Position numbers and translations under genes: made by a program. Source: Torpedo marmorata (Eukaryota). From it: 64,000 nt of DNA. Each line of letters starts with the position of its first letter. Within the stretch, counting starts at the first letter, position 1. Under the pieces are notes generated by a model that ran no database searches, was not told the DNA's origin, and saw only the letters and a program-made list of their open reading frames with translations. The stretch covers positions 62,434,001-62,498,000 of the forward strand of contig OZ360238.1 in the NCBI GenBank assembly GCA_977017645.1, given 5' to 3'. Shown piece after piece: positions 1 through 12,303 of this stretch.

Positions 1-987
1 CTAGAACTGATTGAGTATTGATATTTGATATAGTGTTTTCAAGAAGGTTAGAGTGGGATGGTTTTGGTGTGCAAATATACTGTCCTTGATGATCTGGTTC
101 TGAACTTAAAGAAATTACCTAATTATTTATTGACTTGGAAAAGCGGATGTGAGTGGTACTGAACATCCTAAATATCTCAACCATTGCTTTGTTGTGATTG
201 TTTGTCATCTTGTTTAATGCTCCCTAATGTTTTAGGCCAATGATTTTGAGCCATGATTTGTCAAAAAAAAGCCAAAGAAAACCAAGTTGATCGTTAAAGA
301 TAACAGGAAAACATTAATGATGGTAACTTTACACGGCTTTTTATTAAAAGGTTGATCAGTGGTTGCTGCAAGATGATCCGGGGCTAGGTTGCCATACTGT
401 CAGGAAAGACATTTAAGTGGCTATCCCGAAGCAATAGAGGTCACTTGTTAAATAATAACATTTTCAAAATGGTCTGTTTTGGCTTGTGAATCTTGAAAAG
501 CATTAGATATCATACAAGCTGTTTTCCTAGATTTAGCATCTCAGGGTATTAGAACATTACACTGGAAAAATGGGCTTTACTTCTTTGATCCCACGTTTCA
601 AATGCACTGTCGGAGAATTTCCTGTGTGGCTTTTCAGGTGGTTGCGCCTGACTGCACCTTAAGGGAGAGCAGGAATGTAAATGAGATGGAAATAAATGTT
701 GCGCAGCTCGTATTTCCCACTAGAGCACAGAATGTAGTTCAACAGCAGACTGACTTCCCTCCCACAATAAAGCAAACAACTGTTCCACAGCTGCACTTTA
801 ACTTCTGCTGGGCTCCTCTTGTTGGGACGTTCTATCACATGTTAAATTCAAGAATAACTTTTTTTTCCAACTTCAACAATCTACAGATGGACACAGAAAA
901 GGAGGAATTACTACAAGACCTTTTAGCAGGAATTCTGTGAAAGGTTTTTGACTGTTTCTCCATGGATGCTGCTCGACCTGCAGAATA

Positions 988-1876
988 CAGTGCCCCCCAT
1001 AATGTTTGGGACAAAGACACCTTTTTCCTTTAATTACCCTTGTGCTCCACAGTTTTAAATTTGTAATCAAACAATTCACATGGAATTAAAGTGCACATTC
1101 CAGATTTTACTCAAGGTTATTTGTGTACAATTTGGTTTGACCATGTAGAAATTACAGCACTTTTTATGCATAATCCCCTCATTTCAGGACACCATAATGT
1201 TTGGGACATTTGACTTCACAGGTGTTTGTGAGTACTCAGGTATGTTTAATTGCTTCATTGATGCAGGTATAAGAGAGCTAGTCTTGCTTCTAAGCTTTTG
1301 ATCACCTTTGGAGTCTGTAGTTGCCATTTTCAACATGAGGACCAGAGTTGTGCCAATGAAAGTCAAAGAAGCCATTATGAGGCTTAAAAACAAGAATAAA
1401 ACAGTAAAAGACATTGCCCAAACTTTAGGATTACCAAAATCAACAGCTTGGAACTTCATTAAGAAGAAACAGCATACTGATGAGCTCAGTAATCGCAAAG
1501 GGACTGGTATTCCAAGGAAGATCTCCACTGCTGATGACAGAAGAATTCTCATCATAATGAAGAAAAATCCCCAAACGTATATCCAACATATCAGAAACAC
1601 TCTTCAGGAGGCAGGAGTGGATATGTCAATGACTACTGTCCACAGAAGACTTCATGAACAGAAATACAGAGGCTACACTACAAAATGCAAACCACTAGTT
1701 AGCCACAGAAAGGATAGCCATATTAAAGTTTGCCAAGAAGTATTTAAAAGAGCCTGCAGAATTCTGGAAAAAGGTCTTGTGGACAGATGAGACCAAGATT
1801 AACCTGTATCAGTGTGCTGGCAAGAGCAAAGTGTGGAGGCACAAAGGAACTTCCCAAGATCCAAAGCATACCACCT
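988..1876 (+). mobile_element. Tc1/mariner DNA transposon, left end plus frameshifted, 3'-truncated transposase
   Basis: TA|CAGTGCCCCCCATAATGTTTGGGACA terminus; 17-bp direct repeat CCATAATGTTTGGGACA at 997-1013 and 1192-1208 (IR/DR-type end); ORF 1308-1790 has a Tc1 HTH (KDIAQTLGLPKSTAWNFIKK); the next frame gives WTDETKINL (first D of DDE) and then breaks off. Confidence 0.9.
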
Positions 1877-1889
1877 TTGCCATGGTTTT

Positions 1890-2365
1890 CATGGTGATCG
1901 TCGAACAAAGCCTGATCATCGAGGCCCAGCACTCCCCTCAAAGCACTGTTGGTGAGAGCAAACGAGCGAGCGAGGGCAAGAGAGCGAGCGGGCGGGTGGG
2001 GAGCGAGCGGGCAGGCGGGGAGAGCGAGCGGGCGAGGGCGAGTGAGCGAGCGAGGGCGGGGAGAAAGCGGGCGAGGGCGGGGAGAGAGCGGGCGAGGGCG
2101 GGGGAGAGCGAACGGGCGGGGAGAAAGCGAGCGAGCGGGCGGGCGGGGAGAGCGAACGGGAGGGAGAGAGCGAGCCTTCTTACTGGGGGAAGAGAGCGGC
2201 GGCGACTCCGGAAAGCACGGGCCACCCAAGGGAAGGTGGTCCGCGAAGCTGCAGGCCCGCTTCCTGGACTCCACTCTGTGCCCAAAATGGCGGCACCAAA
2301 ATTGCACCTTCGCGTATAAGACCCGGGGTGGTTTTTGAGGCGATTTTTTGGGGAAAAATACGATA
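1890..2365. repeat. GC-rich (GAGCGAGCGG-like) low-complexity tract ending in a Tc2/pogo-type MITE-like terminus
   Basis: Tandem GAGCG/GGGCG units at about 1953-2174; the end CGCGTATAAGACCC...GAAAAATACG resembles the right end of the MITE at 52445-53423. Confidence 0.5.
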
Positions 2366-2785
2366 GTTAGAAATTGATTCACTTTTGTTTAATCTTTATT
2401 TCTTATCTTTGTACAGTGTAAAAGAAAAGAACAGAGATAGGCTAACTGCCATCAGTGGACCTCTGCTCTTTGTAAGTTAATTGCCATCTACTGCCCTGTA
2501 TCCTAATCTTGTCAGACTGTCGAAAGCGTTCCAATTAATATCTGATACTTTTTTTTTCTGTCCCAATTTTATTATCTGTATTCATATTTATAGAAAATAT
2601 CGTTATGACCCTTTGGTCAAACATCTCCAAACAGCACGTTGTTTTTGTAATTATTGAAACAATGCAATAAATCACATATTGTTGTCAGGCATTGAAGAAC
2701 AGCTTCATTGCTTTTTAGATTGGCATTTTAAGGTTCCTAATAATTGGAGAAAGAGAAGCAAAATAGAGTCTATTCAGAGACAAGA

Positions 2786-4210
2786 AGTAAAACACGAAAA
2801 TCTGCAGACACCGAGGTTGAAGTAAAAACACAAAGCTGTAGAAACTAAACAGGTCAAGCAGTGTCCTTTATATAGCAAAGGTAAAAATACATAACTGACG
2901 TTTCAGGCTTGAGCCCTTCATCAAGGTATGGAAAAATGTCAGCAGGCGTCCGAACAAAAGAGAAGGGTGGGGGGGAGTGGTGGTCGCAAAGGGGATCAAG
3001 GGGAGGAGGGATGGCTAGGTGAAGGGAGGGGGAAGGGAGGGAGGAGAACTGGAAAAGGGAAGGGAAGGGAGGAGGGGGAAGAGGAGAGCAGGCTAGCAGA
3101 AACCGGAAAAGTCGATGTTAATGCCATCTGGCTGGAGAGTGCCCAGACGGAAAATCAGGTGTTGTTCCTCCAATTTGCAGGTGGTCTTGGTGGGACAGTA
3201 CATAAGGTCATGGACAGACATGGGAGTGTGACACAGAACTGAAATGGTGGGCTACTGGGAGGACTCTGTCACTGGTGCGGACGGAGCAAAGGTGCTCAGC
3301 GAAGTGATCTCCCAATCTGCGCCCAGTCTCTCCGATGTAGAGAAGGCCACAAAGGGAGCCCGGATGCAGTAAATCAGTCCTGCAGATACACAAGTGAAGT
3401 GTTGCTTCACTTGAAAGGCCTGTTTGGGACCCCGGACCGAGATGAGGGAGGAGGTGTGGGCGCAAGTGTGGCACCTCCTGCGGGCACAGGGGAAGGTGCC
3501 GGGGAGGCGATTGGTGGGGAGGGAATGAGTGCACGAGGGAGTCACGGAGGGAGCGGTCCATACGGAAGGCAGAGAGGGGAGGAGAAGGGAAGATGTGTCT
3601 GGTAGTGGGATCCTGTTGTAAGTGCCGGAAATTCCGGAGGATATTGTGTTGGATGCAGAGGCTGGTGGGGTGGTAGGTGAGGATAAGGGGGATTCTATGT
3701 TTGTTGCATCTGGGGGCAGAGGGGGCCAGGGCAGATGAGCGGGAAATGGAGGAGATGTGGGTGAGGGCTGAGTTGATGGTGATGGAGGGGAAGCCACATT
3801 TGTGGAAGAAGGCAGACATTTTGGAAGATCTGAACTGGAAGACCTTATCTTGGGAACAGATGCAGCGGAGACGGAGAAATTGAGAGAAGGAGATGGAATC
3901 CTTGCAGGGGACAGGATGTGAGGAATTGTGGTCAAAGTAGTTGTGGGATTTAGTGGGTTTGTAATATCTGTCTCCTTCTCCCGAGAAGGAGACAGAGAGA
4001 TCCAGGAAGCGGAGAGGGTTATCGGAGATGGACCAGGTGAGTTTCAGATTGGGGTGGAAGTTGGCCACGAAGTGGATGAAGTTGACAAGCTCATCGCGGG
4101 TGCATGAGGCAGCCCCGATGTAGTCATCGATATACCGGAGGAAGAGTTGAGGGGTCTTGCCTGTGTAGGCTTGCAGCATGGATTGCTCCACAAAGCCCAC
4201 AAACAGGCAG
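2786..4210 (-). mobile_element. Penelope-like retroelement (RT + GIY-YIG endonuclease), 5'-truncated and frameshifted
   Basis: ORF 3208-4200 with FLRYIDDYIG RT motif; GLIYCIR...LYIGETGRRL GIY-YIG motif; 3' end GTGTTTTAC shared with other PLE copies; flanked by GAGACA at 2777-2782 and 4211-4216. Confidence 0.92.
2890..2930 (-). ncRNA. Minimal hammerhead-ribozyme-like motif in PLE 3' end
   Basis: Reverse complement CATACC-TTGATGA-A-GGGC-TCAA-GCCT-GAAAC-GTC-AGTTATG. Confidence 0.6.
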
Positions 4211-4490
4211 GAGACACTGAGTGTCTGTGGATTCGCCTCCAGTCTCTGCAGCCACAGAGACTCCTGTTTGGTTCATCGGCTCCAGATCCAAACCTCCAAC
4301 ACAATCAGGAAGCCTTCAGCGCCCGAGGCCCTTCAGGAGCCCTTTTTGCCCTCAGTACCCTCTCGAATCCTGGTTCCGATACCTGGTTCCCATGAGCCAG
4401 TTCCAGCAGCCCGCAGCCCGTGCGGGTCCCCTGACCGTAAGTTGCCCGGGGCCTGTGAGGGTCCCTCAGCCGCTGAGCCTGTCTCGTTGT
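4211..4490 (-). mobile_element. Non-autonomous SINE-like repeat (family with GAATCTT tail), interrupted by the PLE; the other piece lies at about 2746-2782
   Basis: Joining 2746-2782 to 4217 onward restores a sequence matching the reverse complement of 63391-63550 and the copy at 5640-5773. Confidence 0.6.
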
Positions 4491-5510
4491 CTGACGAGTT
4501 TGTTATGAAGTCACTCTTTCCAAAGATTCCTGCAGATTCAACTGGCTGACTAATAGCACCCCACTCATGTCTCCAATGATCTTCTCCAAACTAGTTGCAC
4601 ATTGGAAGTTTCTGCTTGTTTTACCAATAACTGTAGTGGTCTCTTTTACTCTAACAGTGCACTTCACTGAGATATTCAGCCCTCCCCTGGCAACAGAAGG
4701 GAGAGGTGGGTTTGTCATCTGGTGAAGTGCTGTCTACCCCTTTAAATGTTTTTACTCTGTGGCTCTGGACCTCAAAACTCCTGCTCTGTATTTAAGCCTC
4801 CTGAATGCATGAACCTAATCTGTTTAAGGCTAAGTTAAACAGATAATGTTGACTGCAGCAGTGGGTGTGGTGATGATAGACAAGGTAATGGTTACAGAAT
4901 TCTGAACCAGGATTTCTATTTCACCCATTTGATTTTTCAAATACAATGACAGGGGTAAGGATAATAAGAGGATATAAGGTAAGAACAAAGTATACATGCA
5001 TAAGAATATATTAACAGTGAGAATAACAAAAAGTGCTGACAAAATTAAAGTTTCATTATTAGACATGGCCTGGAGCATCATGGGCTTCATAGAGCTCTGA
5101 TCTGGGAAGGCCTGCAAACTGGGTAAAATACTTGCTGGAAACCATGGTTCCCTTCCCCCTTCCACCCCTCGACTGGAACAGCAGCTCAATCCCATGAACT
5201 CCACTCTAGCCCAACCCCAATCAGCAGCATTCTTCCAAACCCTGTTGCCCCTTGATTTTTTGAACGTCCTGATTCATCATTATGCCTCAACCTTTTTACA
5301 ACATCCTGCAGACCACCTCTTCCCTTAATCTTCCAACCTCCAGAAACCTTCAGTCCATTCATTAAGTCCTGACACCCAATTCCCAAAAGCACACTACATG
5401 CCTGTTCTCTTCTGCACTCCTGTACCAACCACATTTTCTCCCCAATCACTCCAGATATTTGGCTCTATGGACCGTGATACTGAGCCTCTTGCAGATTTCC
5501 CTGCTTCATT

Positions 5511-5773
5511 ATTCAAGATTCAAGATTCTTTTTATTATCATGTTATAAAACAGGTGTAATATTACACAAAATTGACTTTAGTCTACTATAAGGCAGACAA
5601 AGATTCACCATCAGCAGAAATTGACTGGCAGCCCTTACAGACAGAGAAAGAGAAGTAAAAGACAATCACCTCCAGTGTTCCCGCAGCCTCCGTAGCCACA
5701 CACCCTTCAGTCCAAACCATTGGCAACCTGAGCTCCAGATCCAAACCTCTGACATGATCAGGAAGCCCTCAGC
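5511..5773 (-). mobile_element. SINE-like repeat, GAATCTT-tail family
   Basis: (ATTCAAG)n tail; GCTCCAGATCCAAACCTC and ATCAGGAAGCC blocks shared with 4211-4490 and 63389-63675. Confidence 0.6.
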
Positions 5774-5971
5774 TGCTGTTACATAAAGGACTGCATGGCC
5801 CTATTTTGAAAAAGAATAGGGGAATTGTCTCCATTTTCCTGACTTCAGTTTCTCCTTCAATCATGATTACTGCAATGTATCAAAAAGTTGTAATCACGCT
5901 GTTACTCATGAAATGCACATTAGTTGTCATATTTCTTACACTATCAGAGCAACTGCACTTTGAAGTATTTC

Positions 5972-6645
5972 CAGCATACTAATGTCATCGTGAAGAAAGC
6001 ACGTCAGCACCTCCTCTTCCTCAAGAGCTTGCGCAGGTTTGGTATGACATCAGAAACCTTGGCAAACTTCTACAGATGTGTAATGGATAGTGTGCTGACC
6101 GGCTGCATCGTGGCCTGGTATGGGGTCATCAATACCTCTGAGCGGAAAGCCCTGCAAAAGACAGTGGACACAGCCCAGTACATCACAAGCAAAACTCTTC
6201 CCACCATTGAAAAAATCTTCATGGAACGCTGCCATCGAAGAGCAGCAACAATCATAAAGGATTCACACCACCCAGCACACACTTTGTTCTCGCTGCTACC
6301 ATCAAGAGGTATAGGTGCTACAAAACACGTACCACCAGGTTCAGAAACATTTGCTACCCCTCCACCACCAGACTCTTCAACAACAAACTCAATCACAGAC
6401 GCATTTAAGGACTCTTACTTTGCACATTATTTATTACTATTTTTTTTTCTGTATTGCACAGTCAGTTTGTTTACATTTCTTTCTTTGTTTACATTTCTCT
6501 CTTTTGTATATGTATCTTTTCTTGAGTACAGTTTTTTGCACTACCAACAAGCAGATATTCTGCCTCGCTCGCAGGAAAAAGAATCTCAGGGTTGTATGTG
6601 ATGTCATGTATGTACTCTGACAATAAATCTGAACTTTGAACTTTG
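5972..6645 (+). mobile_element. Rex1/Babar-type LINE 3' fragment
   Basis: KKARQHLLFLKSLRRFG...FYRCV C-terminal region; 3' UTR ending GACAATAAATCTGAACTTTGAAC. Confidence 0.85.
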
Positions 6646-7034
6646 ACTGTCTGCACTGTTGCAAGTCACTTTTTGCACTAGGATTACTGTGAATATTTAT
6701 TAACACTTGCATGCCTGTATTGTCTTTTTTAATTCAATTAGTTTGCTATTCTAGTTTTTCTATGTTCCTGTTGGGCAGCAGCAAGTAAGAATTTTGGGAT
6801 ATGTACAAAATTTGTACAAAGTGTATTACAATTAAATCATTCATTAATTCAAAGAAATCTGCTAAGTTTCCTCAGAGTCTTTTGTGCTCAAGTGGAACAA
6901 TTACTTCTGTCAAGTACCTCCTTTTAATTGTAAAACACGAAAATCTGTAGACACCGTGGTTGAAGTAAAAAACACAAATGCTGGAGAAACTCAGCAGGTC
7001 AAACAGTGTCTTTTATGTAGCAAAGGTAGAAATA

Positions 7035-7075
7035 CATAACCGACGTTTCGGGCTTGAGCCCTTCATCAAAGTATG
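7035..7075 (-). ncRNA. Minimal hammerhead-ribozyme-like motif (left PLE arm)
   Basis: Reverse complement CATACT-TTGATGA-A-GGGC-TCAA-GCCC-GAAAC-GTC-GGTTATG. Confidence 0.65.
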
Positions 7076-7964
7076 AGAAAATGCCGGCAGGCGTCCGAAC
7101 AAAGGAGTGAGGGGGGAAGGGGGATGGCAAAGGCAGGAGATGATAGGTGGAGAAAGGAGGGAGGGGACAGCAGCAAAGAGGGGGAGGAGGGATGGCTAGG
7201 TAGCTGGAGAAAAACAGGAAGGACAGGTGAGGGGGGAGGGGAAGGGAACGACAAGCAGGTTTAGTGGAAAGCAGAAAAGTCAATGTTAATGCCATCTGGC
7301 TGGAGAGTGCCGAGACGGAATATGAGATGTTGTTCCTCCAATTTGCGGGTAGTCTGGGTGGGATAGTACATGAGGCCATGGACAGACATGTGAGTGTGGG
7401 AGTGTGACTCGGAATTGAAATGGTTGGCTACTGGGAGGTCGCTATTGTTGCGGACGGAGAGGAGGTGCTCAGCAAAGCGGTCTCCCAATCTACGACCGGT
7501 CTCTCCAATGTATAGAAAGCCATTCTATACATTGGAGAGACCGGTCGTAGATTGGGAGACCGCTTTGCTGAGCACCTCCTCTCCGTCCGCAACAACAGCG
7601 ACCTCCCAGTAGCCAACCATTTCAATTCCGGGTCACACTCCCACACTCACATGTCTGTCCATGGCCTCATGTACTATCCCACCCAGACTACCCGCAAATT
7701 GGAGGAACAACATCTCATATTCCGTCTCGGCACTCTCCAGCCAGATGGCATTAACATTGACTTTTCTGCTTTCCACTAAACCTGCTTGTCGTTCCCTTCC
7801 CCTCCCCCCTCACCTGTCCTTCCTGTTTTTCTCCAGCTACCTAGCCATCCCTCCTCCCCCTCTTTGCTGCTGTCCCCTCCCTCCTTTCTCCACCTATCAT
7901 CTCCTGCCTTTGCCATCCCCCTTCCTCCCTCACTCCTTTGTTCGGATGCCTGCCGGCATTTTCT

Positions 7965-8005
7965 CATACTTTGATGAAGGGCTCAAGCCCGAAACGTCGG
8001 TTATG
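7965..8005 (+). ncRNA. Minimal hammerhead-ribozyme-like motif (right PLE arm)
   Basis: CATACT-TTGATGA-A-GGGC-TCAA-GCCC-GAAAC-GTC-GGTTATG. Confidence 0.65.
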
Positions 8006-8309
8006 TATTTCTACCTTTGCTACATAAAAGACACTGTTTGACCTGCTGAGTTTCTCCAGCATTTGTGTTTTTTACCTCCTTTTAATTGTTGTTTTTCATC
8101 TCTGGTGTAACACTGTGAAAATTATGCTGCATTTTCACAATTGCTTTCATGTCATATAACATAATTAGCTGTTTCCTGTAAGTTCACCCACAATCATGGG
8201 TGCCAAACATGATAGCAGCTGTGCATTCCACTCTGCCTCCAAAATTCACTTCTGTTAACTTTCGCTGCCTGGAAATACATTTCCAAGCAATACCTTTCAA
8301 TGATGGGGT

Positions 8310-8507
8310 TGTAGTCGCGCTATCGATTAAAGACGCAGAGACTGTGGAGTTGAATCATGGAGTCTTTACTGGATTCAAAACACTGAACTATTCCCGGGGC
8401 GGAAGTGACGTCAGGGCCCTTTCCGGAAATCCCACCCCGAGCGCGTAGTTCCGGATGCCCTGTTGTGTCCAATGGCGGTTTGAGACCCGCGCATGCGCGC
8501 CGCTACA
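8310..8507 (-). repeat. Gypsy 3' LTR
   Basis: Direct repeat of 12304-12511, TG...CA ends, adjacent PPT. Confidence 0.93.
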
Positions 8508-8529
8508 CCACCCCCCCCCCCCAAAAATG

Positions 8530-9750
8530 TCATCGGGGACCTGGATCCCCCATCCTGTGCGTGTTGCTTGGGTGGCCAGCCTCGCTGTCACGGTGCGGCA
8601 CACTTACCGGCTGGTCGGTGTCCAAGTGTGCTGGTTTCAGGCGGTCTATTGTAAAAGTCTCTTGCCGGTCACCCACCTCCACAATGCACGTGGTTCCATT
8701 TCTCTGGATCACCTTGAACGGTCCCTCGTACGGTCGCTGTAGAGGTGACCTGTGTGCGCCCCTGCGAATAAAGACATACTCACAGTCTTACAGGTCCTTG
8801 GGGGTGAAAGATGGTGTTGGACCGTGTTTGGAGGTCGGGACCGGTGCAAGGGTCCCTACCTTGTCCCGCAGTCTCGTCAGCACCGCAGCTGGAGTCTCTT
8901 CCGTACTGCTGGCCTCTGGAATGAATTCGCCTGGTACCATCAGGGGGGCGCCATAAACTAACTCCACGGAGGAACAACTCAAGTCCTCTTTAGGGGCGGT
9001 CCGAATGCCCAGCAGGACCCAGGGAAGCTCATCTGACCAGTTGGGGCCTTTCAGGCGAGCCATCAGTGCCGACTTGAGGTGGCGGTGGAAACGTTCTACC
9101 AGGCCATTGGACTGGGGGTGGTACGCCATGGTGTAATGCAGTTGTGTGCCCAGGAGTTGTGCCAATGCCGACCACAAAGTCGAAGTGAACTGCACCCCTC
9201 TGTCCGAAGTGATGTCCGTGGGTAGACCGAAACTGGCAATCCAGTTGGCGATCAGTGCTCTGGCGCAAGCCTCCGTGGAGGCTTCTGTGAGCGGTACTGC
9301 CTCTGGCCACCTGGTGAACTGGTCCACCATGGTAAACAGGTACCTGTAGCCCCAGGGGACTGGCAGTGGACCGACGATGTCCACATGGACGTATTGGAAC
9401 CTCCTGTCTGGCAGCTGGAACTGCTGGAGCGGGGCCTTAACATTTCGCTGTACCTTGGAGGCTTGGCAGTGAACGCAGGTTCTGGCCAAGTGTCCCACTT
9501 GCTTGCGCAATCCATGCCAGACAAATCTGTCCGCCACGAGTTTAAGGGATGCTCAGATGGATGGACGGGATAGGTTGTGCAGAGTATTGAACACCCGGCG
9601 TCTCCACGCTGCCGGAACCACTGGTCTGGGCCTGTCTGTGGAAATGTCGCAAAGGAGCCGGTCTGCTGCTGGTCTGAAAGGGACGTCCTGTAGCTGGAGG
9701 CCTGAGACGGCGGTGCGATAGGCCAGCATTTCAGGGTCTGCCTGCTGTGC
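8530..9750 (-). pseudogene. Gypsy integrase, largest open part 8788-9537
   Basis: CVHC zinc finger, HVDIVGP, SDRGVQF, NGLVERFHR (DDE); GPF-type motif in the downstream frame. Confidence 0.88.
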
Positions 9751-10055
9751 TGCCGCTAGTGCCGTGTAGTCAATGCCCTAGGACGAGGTGCACATTGAGA
9801 GGAGTGTGGGGCGAGACAGTGCATCGGCGACGACGTTGTCCTTCCCTGCAATGTAGCGGACGTCGGAAGTGAAGTCTGAGATGAACGACAGGTGCCTCTG
9901 TTGCCAGGCTGACCATGGGTCCGAGACTTTAGCAAGTGCGTAGGTGAGGGGCTTGTGGTCCATGTAGGCGGTGAACTCTCTCCCCTCCAGGAAGTACCAG
10001 AAGTGTCAGACGGCCAGGTAGAGTGCCAGAAGCTCTCTGTTAAAAGCACTGTATT

Positions 10056-11831
10056 TTACCTCTGGCGGTCGCAGGTGCCGGTGAAAAAGGAGAGTGGTCG
10101 CCACTGACCCTTGATGAGCTGTTCGAGGACTCCCCCTATGGCCGTTTCGGATGCGTCGACCGTAAGCGCCGTGGGGGCTTCGGCCCTCGGGTGCGCTAAA
10201 AGGGTAGTGTTTGCCAGCGCCTCCTTGGCCTGCTCAAAAGCTTCGTTTGATGCCGTGTCCCAAGTGACGTCTTTGGACTTGCCTGCCATCAGGGTGAACA
10301 AAGGCCTTATTATGTGTGCAGCTGCTAGAACGAAACGGTGATAGAAGTTGACCATACCCACAAATTCCTGCAGGCCTTTCACTGTGGTGGGCTTCGGGAA
10401 CTGGCGAATGGCCTGGACCTTGTCTGGCAGAGGAAAAGCACCATCTTGGTTAAGTCTATGGCCTAAGAATTCAATTTCCATCCGCCCAAACTGGCAATTT
10501 GCTGGGTTAATTGCTAACCCGAAGTGGCTCAGGCGTCGGCAGAGTTGGCGCAGGTGTGCAGCGTGCTCCTGGCATGAGCTGCTTGGCACCAGGATGTCAT
10601 CCAAGTAGATGAAAGCGAAATCTAGGCCATGTCCTACCGAGTCCATGAGCCTTTGGAAAGTCTGTGCCGCGTTTTTCAGACCGAATGGCATCCTCAGGAA
10701 CTCGAAAAGGACGAACGGAGTGATGAGGGCCGTCTTTGGAACGTCATCGGGGTGCACTGGGATCTGGTGGTATCCCCGGACTAGGTCGACCTTAGAGAAG
10801 ATGGTGGCTCCATGCAGGTTCGCTGTAAAATCCTGGATGTGGGGTATCGGGTACCTGTCGGCGGTCGTGGCGTCGTTCAACCTTCTATAGTCACCGCAGG
10901 GCCTCCATCCTCCTGCGGACTTGGGCACCATGTGCAGCGGGGATACCCACGGGCTGTCCGAGCGGCGGACGATCCCCATTTCCTCCATCTTGCGGAACTC
11001 CTCTTTGGCCAGATGTATCTTATCGGGTGGGAGCATGCGAGCTTGGGCATGTAGAGGCGGACCTGTTGTAGAGATGTGGTGCTGCATGCTATGTTTAAGG
11101 CCGGTGGTGGAGCACTGCGGGGTAACGATGGAGGGGAAATCTGCCAAAACCCTGTTGAATTCGTTTCCGGAGAGCTTCACGGAGTCCAAATGGAGGGCTG
11201 GAAGGTTGGCCTCGCCGAGCTGAAACGTTTGGAACGTCTCCGCGTGGACCAACCTTCGGCCTTTCAGGTCGACCAGGAAACCCTTGGCCCGTAAAAGATC
11301 TGCTCCGAGTAATGGCTGTGAAACCACCGCCACCGTAAAAGTCCAAGTGAAACGAGCGGACCCGAAATCTAGCGGAATGGTCCGTTTGCCAAAAGTGCGG
11401 ATGGTTGTGCCATTCGCGGCGGTCAGTTCCGGGCCTAGAGTTGCGTTGCGTGTGTCCATGTTCGAGGATGGGAGGTCGCTGATTTCGGCTCCGGTATCTA
11501 CTAGGAACGCCGCCCGGAGTGCCGGTCCCAAATGTGCAGTAGGCAGTCTCGGTGGCCAGCCATCGCAGCCATTAGCGACGGCTGGCCCTGGCATTTCCCA
11601 GAAACGCACATGGAGGACGGCAGCAGCGTGTGCCCTGGCCCCATCTTTGGTTGTAGAAACACCATAGGCCTGAACCATCATCTTTGTCCCCCGTGGCCTT
11701 TGGCAGTTTCGGTTTTGGGGTTTTGGGGGGCGCGATTGCAGCAAGGCCCAGGGAGGTGGCTTGCCATTGCCTACTCTGCCAAAGGACATCTGCTTTGGCT
11801 GCGACCTTGCGAGGGTCGCTGAAATCCTCAC
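10056..11831 (-). CDS. pol: Gypsy pol: protease, reverse transcriptase and start of RNase H (RNase H continues frameshifted to about 9778)
   Basis: FLVDTGA protease; [16 protein letters not shown] and YLDD RT motifs; [12 protein letters not shown] RNase H; DHKPL and NVVADALSR in the next frame. Confidence 0.9.
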   Translation of the reverse strand: MRISATLARSQPKQMSFGRVGNGKPPPWALLQSRPPKPQNRNCQRPRGTKMMVQAYGVSTTKDGARAHAAAVLHVRFWEMPGPAVANGCDGWPPRLPTAHLGPALRAAFLVDTGAEISDLPSSNMDTRNATLGPELTAANGTTIRTFGKRTIPLDFGSARFTWTFTVAVVSQPLLGADLLRAKGFLVDLKGRRLVHAETFQTFQLGEANLPALHLDSVKLSGNEFNRVLADFPSIVTPQCSTTGLKHSMQHHISTTGPPLHAQARMLPPDKIHLAKEEFRKMEEMGIVRRSDSPWVSPLHMVPKSAGGWRPCGDYRRLNDATTADRYPIPHIQDFTANLHGATIFSKVDLVRGYHQIPVHPDDVPKTALITPFVLFEFLRMPFGLKNAAQTFQRLMDSVGHGLDFAFIYLDDILVPSSSCQEHAAHLRQLCRRLSHFGLAINPANCQFGRMEIEFLGHRLNQDGAFPLPDKVQAIRQFPKPTTVKGLQEFVGMVNFYHRFVLAAAHIIRPLFTLMAGKSKDVTWDTASNEAFEQAKEALANTTLLAHPRAEAPTALTVDASETAIGGVLEQLIKGQWRPLSFFTGTCDRQR

Positions 11832-12303
11832 TTGCGAAAAGGAGGCGAATGTCCTCGAGCATCTGCTGGAGGAACAGCTGTTCGAATAGAAAACATGGCT
11901 TATGGCCGTCCATGAGTGCCAGCATGTCGTTCATTAGCTCGGACGGTGTGTGATCGCCCGGGCCATCCATCTGGAAGAGCCGCGCGGCCCGTTCGCGGTG
12001 GGAGAGGCCGAAAGTTTGGAGCAGGAGCGCCTTGATCTTAATGTACCTGTCCTCTGTAGGGCGTTGATGGAGGAAGTCAACGATCCGGCCTGCCGTCTCC
12101 TGGTCGAGCGCACTGACCACGTAGTAGTACATCGTGGCATCGGCTGTGATGTCCCTGATGTTGAACTGGGCCTCGGCCTGCTCGAACCATACATGGGGCT
12201 GAGTGGACCAGAAAGTCGGGAGCTTCAGTGAGGCTGCACTGGAACTCATGGTCAATGCTGCTTCTTTAACTCCAGATGCCATCTGGAGCATTGGGGTCAC
12301 CAA
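11572..12303 (-). CDS. gag: Gypsy gag-like ORF overlapping pol
   Basis: [23 protein letters not shown]-terminal motif and C-terminal CFYNQRWG...C knuckle typical of these Gag proteins; lies immediately after the PBS. Confidence 0.85.
   Translation of the reverse strand: MVTPMLQMASGVKEAALTMSSSAASLKLPTFWSTQPHVWFEQAEAQFNIRDITADATMYYYVVSALDQETAGRIVDFLHQRPTEDRYIKIKALLLQTFGLSHRERAARLFQMDGPGDHTPSELMNDMLALMDGHKPCFLFEQLFLQQMLEDIRLLFASEDFSDPRKVAAKADVLWQSRQWQATSLGLAAIAPPKTPKPKLPKATGDKDDGSGLWCFYNQRWGQGTRCCRPPCAFLGNARASRR

Larger units (their letters stand above)
6932..8075. mobile_element. Inverted (palindromic) Penelope-like insertion: two GIY-YIG/3'-end arms joined at their 5'-truncated ends
   Basis: 6965-7517 is the reverse complement of 7523-8075 with a 5-nt loop (AGCCA); TACCTCCTTTTAATTGT repeated at 6915-6931 and 8073-8089; mirrored ORFs 7261-7488(-) and 7552-7779(+). 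Confidence 0.93.

Noticed and set aside
602-940. 112-aa ORF as a host gene
   Set aside because: No recognisable domain or splice context, and it ends in a decayed PLE-end remnant
1744-2382. Several overlapping 115-212 aa Arg/Ala/Pro-rich ORFs
   Set aside because: They arise from a stop-poor GC-rich tandem repeat
6932-8075. Palindrome as a pure assembly artefact
   Set aside because: The arms differ at about 4 sites, are asymmetric at the ends and are bounded by a TSD; still worth checking with reads
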